Below, in pieces: positions 1 to 7,036 of a DNA stretch of 32,415 nucleotides. Every line of letters begins with the position of its first letter. Position 1 is the first letter of the stretch. This DNA is from Craspedostauros australis. Its lineage: Eukaryota. The stretch lies in assembly GCA_030167865.1 (NCBI GenBank), contig JALAGF010003737.1, positions 1 through 32,415 on the forward strand. The letters are read 5' to 3'. Below the pieces are notes generated by a model. It made no database searches. It was not told the DNA's origin and saw only the letters and a program-made list of their open reading frames with translations. The position numbers and the translations under genes were made by a program.

Positions 1-2
1 CC

Positions 3-653
3 GCCGCCGGTCTCCGGAACATCCTTCTTCGACACAATGGTGGCATCCACAACCCCGGTTCCTGCAGGACCATCATCGTCCCATTGGTTCATCGTCGGAA
101 TGACAGTGGACTGCACCGGTGGCTCCTCCTGCTGCGCCGGCGTTGATCGCGGCATGGGATTGAGAGTGCTCTGCAAGGCCGAGAGCTCTCCGTTGTCGTC
201 CATCTTCTTCAGTTTGTCTTCCAAAAACGGCTGCAGCTTGGTGCCCAGCTCCTGCATGAGATCGGGTCGCTGCGCCATCGTCTCGCCTTTGTTCAATTGC
301 GCTACGTACTCTTCCCACAATCCCGGCTGCAGCTCCTTGCATTCCTTCTCGAGCTGTTCGGCCGCGGCCGGGATGATGAAGCTGGCATAGAGAAAGGCGA
401 CGGCGGCGAAGAAGAAGATGAGGCCTGTGATGACGGCTGCCACGGTCTGCAGGACGCCGCCGGCTTGCTGCAGCATGGAGGGATCCGTCGCGGCGGCCAC
501 GACGGCATCGTCAGCGATGAGAAACGTCTCGGGCAGCAACGTGCCGGCGCCGAGCATGGTGGCAGTATTGCGCGTGTGGTGCATGCGCGGCGTTTGGAAC
601 GCGCTCGCGGATGCTGCGAGGATCAGGAGGACGGAGATGGAATGGAAGGTCAT
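3..653 (-). CDS. Plastid-targeted single-pass membrane protein of unknown function (3' end runs off the window)
   Basis: Open frame from ATG at 653 to the window edge, absent from the ORF track because it has no stop. Translation begins MTFHSISVLLILAASASA-FQTPRMHH..., a signal peptide with the diatom ASA-F cleavage motif followed by a transit-like segment. A hydrophobic helix (VAAVITGLIFFFAAVAFLYASFII) precedes a charged helical domain (AAEQLEKECKELQPGLWEEYVAQL...RPDLMQELG). Confidence 0.8.
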   Translation of the reverse strand, partial: MTFHSISVLLILAASASAFQTPRMHHTRNTATMLGAGTLLPETFLIADDAVVAAATDPSMLQQAGGVLQTVAAVITGLIFFFAAVAFLYASFIIPAAAEQLEKECKELQPGLWEEYVAQLNKGETMAQRPDLMQELGTKLQPFLEDKLKKMDDNGELSALQSTLNPMPRSTPAQQEEPPVQSTVIPTMNQWDDDGPAGTGVVDATIVSKKDVPETGG

Positions 654-1093
654 GATGCTGGAGTAGTGGAAAGGGATGCGTTGTGTTGAATAGCGTTATG
701 GTGCTTGGTGTTGTGCTTCTTGTGCTCTCTTGTTGTTGTGGAGACACTGCGCGCACCCAGCATTGCACAAGTGTGCGAAGAGAAGAAACATCAGCCACAG
801 CGATGTCAAACGGAGCAGGCAGCAGCAACCAACGCAACAGAGATGTGGAAAACGTGTTGATGTTCGTGTCTGTCAGATCCAAGGAGTGTCACATCAACTC
901 CTCCGAAAGATACCATCTTCAAATCAAAGTGTGGGAAATCTTCAGCACGTGTAACGTCTGTCCGCATGTCCGCCTGACGAGAAAAACAAGACACAAGTCG
1001 CAGAAATGATCACCAACGCAGAACGACTGAAGAACAAGAACGAAGTCGTTCCAACAACAACAACAACATCAGCAACAGGGCCCTCATCATTTG

Positions 1094-1513
1094 ATGAGAG
1101 TCATACGACTACTGTTACAATTTGTTGAAACTATTGCACAAGGTCGAGAGCTCCGAACAATCCACCAGCTTGAGCAAGACGCACGCGGCGAGAAGGAGAC
1201 ATTCAATACGAGTCCAGAACAGAGCTATACCCGCGACATCTTGACCATGGACCAACACAGCGCCACGTTGCCGCAGCAACGACTGCTGATGCAAGCAGAC
1301 GTGGAGCAGTACATTGGCGATGCCACACAGAACGATGGCAATGCAGCGCAGCAGATCCAACATGACGACAATGCACCGCAACAACGGTGCACGTGGCAGT
1401 ACATTTGGGACGAGGTCTGGTGATATCTCACGACCGATGGGACGGGTGCCTTGCCCATCTTGTGCATGGCATTTCTCATCGTGCCCATAATCGTGCTGTA
1501 CTTCTTTGCGTAG
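1094..1513 (+). pseudogene. Possible small tail-anchored protein gene interrupted by an in-frame TGA (pseudogene or read-through)
   Basis: A Q/D-rich ORF ends ...WQYIWDEVW at TGA 1421-1423. The same frame continues YLTTDGTGALPILCMAFLIVPIIVLYFFA to TAG 1511-1513, which reads as a C-terminal TM helix. No recognisable family. Confidence 0.35.
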
Positions 1514-2004
1514 GCGCGTCGCAGATGCAACGCAATGGAGGGGTTACCGCGACACTGAGAATGACGTTGTCTCAGATCTTGGGAAGACGAGGGCGTTGCA
1601 TGTCTGTCTGGACAGCACCCTCCGCGCTTCCGTGATCTGGACACTGACGACAGTGCGACATGCTCTATAAAATAATAGAATAGAACATAATGTGATGCCA
1701 TATCTGCGATGCAAAAATAAATGAAATGAAAAATGTTACAAATGTAATAGAATAGCTCTGAGTACTTGTACACAACTCTACAGTTTCCTTCTGCTCCACG
1801 ATGATGGTCCACACCGACACAGTATACTCTATAACTCCAACACACAGTTTTTCGGATGAGGATGATCGCATTGCTTCTGTATCGTCGCCAAGAAACCTCA
1901 TTCATCCACCACCGCCGACGCCCGACGACAACACACTCCCTGCCCTTGCGCGTTCAGTTGTTCGATCCTTCTTCTGATTTGATGCACGATAACGCGCGTC
2001 GTTT

Positions 2005-2664
2005 TCAAAACGTGAAGAAATAGAATTGTTCTCCGTTCTCGTCGAACAGATCTCTCGGATTGGGCCACCGCAGGATCGTGGACAGAGCCGAATCCTTGTG
2101 GACGTCCTGCGTTTCGCAAGGCGCGGCTGCTTTGCGGCAGCAGGGACATGCCAACCGAACGCGCAGCCATCGTTGCAGACAGTGCTTATGAAAAATGGAC
2201 TGGCAGCAGTTGCTGAATTTGACGAGGTCCTTCGCATCGTGTTCCAAGCATATGGCGCAGCAGATCGTTCTGGTGCGACTGTCATCGCAATTCTGTGCGG
2301 CGTACGGCTGCGGGAAGTTGCCGTGCCGTCTCACGATGTCGTCCTGAGAGCTGTCGTCATCGTCGTCGCTTTCGATGCGCAGCACTTGCGCGCGCGAGAG
2401 CAAGCTGCCCGCCATCGCGTATTCGTCCTCGAAGATCCAGCCGTTCTCTCCCAGGTTGTTGGGCTGGAAGCACCATCGGCAGATGGTTCCGACCACGAAC
2501 AGCACGGTTTCGAGGACGAGGAAGACGAGCACGATGGCGAAGATGGAACCCGAAAATGAGATGTGCATGATGGTCTCCTCATCGTGGGAGCTGTCGCAGG
2601 TCGCCGATGGCTGGAATGGGAGGCTTTCCAGCTGGCGGAAGAAGGATGGGAGAAACAAGCTCAT
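2005..2664 (-). CDS. Transmembrane RING-finger protein (ATL/RING-H2-like E3 ubiquitin ligase), 219 aa
   Basis: N-terminal TM helix (IFAIVLVFLVLETVLFVVGTI), an acidic linker, then CAICLE-x-CCQSIFHKHCLQRWL-x-CPCCR, the RING pattern including the conserved W and CPxCR. Confidence 0.8.
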   Translation of the reverse strand: MSLFLPSFFRQLESLPFQPSATCDSSHDEETIMHISFSGSIFAIVLVFLVLETVLFVVGTICRWCFQPNNLGENGWIFEDEYAMAGSLLSRAQVLRIESDDDDDSSQDDIVRRHGNFPQPYAAQNCDDSRTRTICCAICLEHDAKDLVKFSNCCQSIFHKHCLQRWLRVRLACPCCRKAAAPCETQDVHKDSALSTILRWPNPRDLFDENGEQFYFFTF

Positions 2665-3617
2665 GCTTGTTCTGCTGGTTGTTGTGGTGGCTGCTTCAGT
2701 TTCGATTTGTTCTGTGGTATCGTATTCTAATATGAAGTATAATATAGTATGATATGTACGACGACAGCAAGATGAGGAAGGCAGATGGCAATGTGGTTCC
2801 TTGGTACTGTTGCTTCTGGAATTGCTTCTTCTGTCTCTGCTCTTGAGAGTACGACAATGAATGATCTTGCTCCAGATGCTGTCGATGGAACGGAGACTGA
2901 CGGATGATGTCTTTGAGATGTGGGGGCCCTCATTGGCATGACATCAACGCTTTCGCAAAAGCCACAACGGGGATGATGGGGCGAGAAGAGGCGAAGATCG
3001 GCACAACAACATCAGCACCAACAAAGCAGAAGAAAGATCCCACAGAATTTGGGCGTCATCGACACAACAGAGAAAGAAACGATGTGTTTCTTCGTCTTGG
3101 GTGACTGCGAACAGCTGCCGCGCCCGTCGACCAATCAAAATGTCAGCTGTCAGTGTAAATGAGAACTCAATTGCGCAGTGATTCCCATCAGCGCCGACAC
3201 ATGGGAGAAGTGAAGCTTTTTCAACAGAGCTTTCCACCACTTCTGCTGTCGTCAATCATCAATGCCACCTCTTGCTCTGGCCTCTGGTTGGATCGATCGC
3301 CCGCAATGGTTTGATCCATTTCCTCCGCAAGCACGAGCTAGTCTCATGTGATGGGATGTCACTGCAAATCGCGCGCATGTCATCCAAACAAAACATATTC
3401 CTCCCATGTTCATGGACATGAATTGCACAAACTTATGACCCATTATATTTCCTATCCAGAGGTCGAAGACCCATGGATGGAAGGACCCACCCAGTCTCTC
3501 TCTCTCTCTTCATGGCGGGTGGCATGTTGAATGCAAAATGGAGCAGTCGCCCAGAGGCATGATCTGTGGATGCGCCCAAAAGGAAGTCAAAGCGAATCGC
3601 ACGCGCAAAGCTGGCGC

Positions 3618-3626
3618 AAAATGAAA
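3618..3626 (-). terminator. Possible Pol III terminator (TTTCATTTT) directly after the tRNA 5' half
   Basis: A T3-CA-T4 run follows A37 on the minus strand. T4 is the minimal Pol III terminator and may be leaky. Confidence 0.4.
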
Positions 3627-3703
3627 TCGTAGTCAGACGCCTTGCCGTTGGGCCAACAGGTCATCACAAACCTGCCCGGGATTCGAACCCGGAATCTTCT
3701 GAT
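3627..3703 (-). tRNA. trnR-ACG: Circularly permuted tRNA-Arg(ACG): 3' half 3703-3668, 5-nt spacer 3667-3663, 5' half 3662-3627
   Basis: Minus strand reads ATCAGA-AGATT-CCGGG-TTCGAAT-CCCGG-GCAGGTT-T / gtgat / GACCTGT-TG-GCCC-AACGGCA-AGGC-G-TCTGA-CT-ACG-A. Swapping the halves gives a complete 72-nt cloverleaf: acceptor GACCTGT/GCAGGTT (7 bp including 2 G-U), D stem GCC/GGC with the GG dinucleotide, anticodon stem TCTGA/TCAGA, loop CT-ACG-AA, T stem CCGGG/CCCGG with TTCGAAT. No missing half in normal order is visible on either flank. Confidence 0.9.
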
Positions 3704-3726
3704 GTCAGCTTGTTGCCTTTGCGAGT

Positions 3727-3750
3727 AAAATTTAAATTTAATTACATTAT
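3727..3750 (-). promoter_or_regulatory. AT-rich TATA-like element upstream of the permuted tRNA
   Basis: Minus strand ATAATGTAATTAAATTTAAATTTT (23 of 24 nt are A/T) sits 24-47 nt upstream of the tRNA 3' half, in otherwise mixed-composition DNA. CAACAA (3715-3710) follows as a possible Pol III start motif. Confidence 0.5.
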
Positions 3751-4494
3751 TGACATGCTCCAGCATCATTCATTCCAACCCACATCGCTTTCTTGCGCTA
3801 CATACCACACATCTCCGGCGTTAACTTCTTCAACCTCCATATCCTGCGTCACACAAACACGACAGGACATTGCTATCGTTCTGGAGGAGAATTACGCAGT
3901 GCTGGATTGCGATCGCTGCAACACCATCATCGCACAGTGCATGACAACGACACAGTGCAACGCATCACGTCAGCGCGATGCCCACCGTCTGTTGAGATGG
4001 TGCGAACGCAATCGGGATTCACGCAGACGTTTGTGGTGGTTGCCATGCGGTGAGATCCAACCCAAGCTGAAAGCTCTGCGCAGTGTGATGAAATGGACGT
4101 GCGATTGTGGACGCATCGCATGCGAAACTCATGTCCACAACTGGGGGGCTTCGTTCGGCCGCAATCTGCCATTCAATCCGACCAAAGCCACCAGCGTTTC
4201 CGTGGATCTGGGCTGGTTTAGACAAACCACTCTAACCATTCTTGTGGCATCAATCAATTTTCATCAACTCGAGACCCATATCTTCCAACGTCTTATGCAT
4301 CCGTCTGACCTCTGTACGCTCTTGGTCTCCACAAACCAACAAAAAATGGCGCCAAACCGGAAAGCGAACAATCTGATCCAAAACAGATGAACACCAACTT
4401 GTGATGCCACTTTCGACGGCAACAAACAGAGGTCCAAAGGAAAGTCAGAGTTGCGTTGCATTGCACCATTGAGACGAAGACGCCTGGATTAACG

Positions 4495-6922
4495 ATGGAT
4501 TCCACACGCGCAAATCGCGATGGCACCACGAAGAAACGCCGCCGTCGCGGACGCAGCGCAGAAGACAAGTTGAAATGTGCGCAATCCTCCACGCATTGCG
4601 ATGGAGCATCCTCCAAACGAAAGCGGCCCACCAAAGCTCCTCCATCTCAAGACGCCATCGATCTATCGCGGCGACTCAAGGCACTGTCGCAGCAGAAGAA
4701 GCTGAGTGAAGCCTTGCGCGCCTTTGACGCGTCCCTCTCGATCGTCGATGAATACCATCTCTGCAGCATCATCGATTGCTGTTCGCGATGTGGGGATATC
4801 GCATCGGCGGAGCGCATCATGAAGGAGGCCGTGGCCGCCAAGAGGAAGATCAACGTGGAGTGTCGCACGGCGTTGTTGAAGGGATACTGTCATTCGGGGC
4901 ATATGGACAAGGCCATTGGCGTCTTTCGGTCCATGTGCGATGCAAAAAGTGAGTGGAGTGTATGTGTGTGTGTGTTGGATGGAGTGGAATGGAATGGAAT
5001 AAAGTGAAAGGACATGAAGTGAAATGAAAGGAAATGAAATTAAATCATGAGGGAACTGGGTTGCATCTTGCATATGTCAGCGGGCGCACGTCTGGTGCCA
5101 CAAACCTTCTCGCGTGTGTCCACTTCATTTCGTAGCCAACGACCAACCTTGCCAATGCATGCCGATACGCACCGCTCTGCCATTCCCGCCCCCGACGTCA
5201 ACAGTCAAACGCGACAAACCCAATCTGCGAACGCTCAACACCTTCCTGCGGGGATGCATGTGGACAGCAACAACGCTGCACAAGGATGCGCGAGATGGTT
5301 CGGCGTCGCTCTCCGGCGGAGTCAGCGCCAGCGAGACTGCGTGGGATCTGTATCAGCACCACAACTGCTTCCCGCCATTTGATGCATCATCGTACGAGTA
5401 CTGCGTCACGGTGCTATGCCAGGCGATGCAATTGGACAAGGCATCCAAGCGCATTCATGAGCTGGAACAGCTTTCCACGTCGCTGCAACACGCAACGAAT
5501 CCGCAACCGGCCCAGCAGCGCAAGCGGGAGGCTCTGGGAATGTGCTACCTCAGTCTGGCCAGTTCTCACGCGTTGGCCGAGAACCCGGATGACGCCATCA
5601 AGGCGGCGCGGCAGGCCATCGTATCGGCCCAAGCTTCGCGCAAGATTCTCAAACAAATGTCCGATGACCTTGCCTCCACGGCGACGCCCGACCGACGATC
5701 CGAATCCAACGAGATCTTCCGCGTGCATCGGCTGACATCGATCGAGGACGACGCGCGCGTCATCATCCGGCGATGCAAGCCCATCGCGCCGCGATGTCTC
5801 TCGCGGTTGCTTCTGACGCGCGTTCTGTTTGTGAGCGGCGGCGGCACGACGTCCATGCACAACGCACAACAAGGCCACGACTTGCAACAGCAGCTTGTCA
5901 ATGCGGCGTTCTTCAGTTTCGGATTGCAGTCGGCCTTGCGCAAGTTGGATGTCACGATCCAACACAGCAGCGGTTCGCAGTATGTTCCGCTCAAACGAAA
6001 AGAGTGCAATCGCATTCTGGGTGCGGTCGGGTTGCAAGGCGGTATCATCGGCAGCGATGGCGCGATCGACTTTGCAAAGCTCTTTTCAAAGGGTCTTGGC
6101 GATGATGCCAGATCCAAATCCAAGAAGATTCCTTTGGATTTGGAGTTGGGTGCCGGATTCGGTGAATGGATCGTGCATCGCGCCCACAAAAATCCCAAGC
6201 GCAACCATGTAGCGGTCGAGTTGCGCGCCGATCGTGTCGGCAAGATCCTGCATCGTGCCTTTTTGGCAGACAGCAGCAGCGATGGCACCGCGCCGGAATC
6301 CAACCGATTGCCACACAATATCTGCGTGGTGGGCGCGGAAAGCGGAATGTTCTTGCGCCAGCTGGTCAAAAATGGCACCGTCTCCAACATCTTCGTCAAT
6401 CATCCGGAGCCACCAACCCAAACGTACGGAGTGGATGTCACGAATTTGGAAGAGATCATGTCCGGCGACAATGCAGAACCAGCACACATGCTGAATAGTT
6501 CCATGTTGCGCGCTGCTGCCGAATGCCTGCGGGAGTCCAAGCATTCCAGAATTGCCATCGTGACGGACAACAAGTGGTACGGGCGGCTCATCTGCGCGAC
6601 CTTCGTCAAGTTGCTGCGTCAATTCCCGAACCTGTTGATTTGCATGCAGTTGGACAACGAGGTCCATCCGAACGTGAGAGTTACCGAGACCTTCGGCGGT
6701 GGTGGCAGCAAAGGTGTGACCGCGGCCACGGTATCGCTTTTCGAAAGCGAGACTGGGCTTTCCTTTGATGATGCAACAACGAAGGATGTCGGCAGCAACG
6801 GCAACGCAAGCAACGGCACGAGCTACTTTGACCGTCTGTGGCAATCTGGAGGCGGGAGTCATGCAGAACAAACCACAAGGTATTTCATCGTCATGCAGCG
6901 CAACTTCTCCAAATCAAACTAA
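4495..6922 (+). CDS. PPR-TGM protein: pentatricopeptide repeats fused to a TrmB-like tRNA (guanine-N7)-methyltransferase domain; exons 4495-4948 and 5205-6922
   Basis: PPR motifs: DEYHLCSIIDCCSRCGDIASAERIM, NVECRTALLKGYCHSGHMDKAIGVFRSM, PNLRTLNTFLRGC. Phase-1 intron 4949-5204 (GTGAGT...ACAG) joins DAK-I-KRDKP in frame. The C-terminal region has TrmB motifs LDLELGAGFGEW, NPKRNHVAVELRADRV, IFVNHPEPP and IVTDNKWY. Confidence 0.85.
4961..5045 (+). repeat. Intronic (TG)n run plus degenerate GGAAT/GAAAT pentamer repeats
   Basis: tatgtgtgtgtgtg followed by ggagtggaatggaatggaat...gaaatgaaaggaaatgaaat inside the PPR-TGM intron. Confidence 0.6.
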
Positions 6923-7036
6923 AGGGTGCCCATGAAACAACTACAGACAAGGTGATGCCGCACTTGCAATGCGGCAAAGTCGACCGTCCATACAATTCCA
7001 TGTACCTATCTACTATTACCTTCTGCGTGATGGGCT

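Noticed and set aside
1514-1660. SECIS element for the TGA at 1421
   Set aside because: ATGA and TGAT are present, but I could not form the required helix and apical AA geometry, and the TGA context is not a redox motif.
2727-3530. Short ORFs upstream of the RING gene
   Set aside because: Mostly non-ATG starts, no motifs and no consistent exon chain. Treated as intergenic or UTR.
3500-3850. Conventional or long-intron tRNA-Arg, or a tandem tRNA pair, as the explanation for the two halves
   Set aside because: No D-arm/5' half is visible upstream of 3703 and no T-arm/3' half downstream of 3627. GCGATTCGCT near 3595 has no T stem or acceptor complement.
3566-4390. 274-aa plus-strand ORF
   Set aside because: GTG start, no recognisable domain, and it runs antisense across the tRNA and its AT-rich upstream tract. 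Probably a chance ORF.
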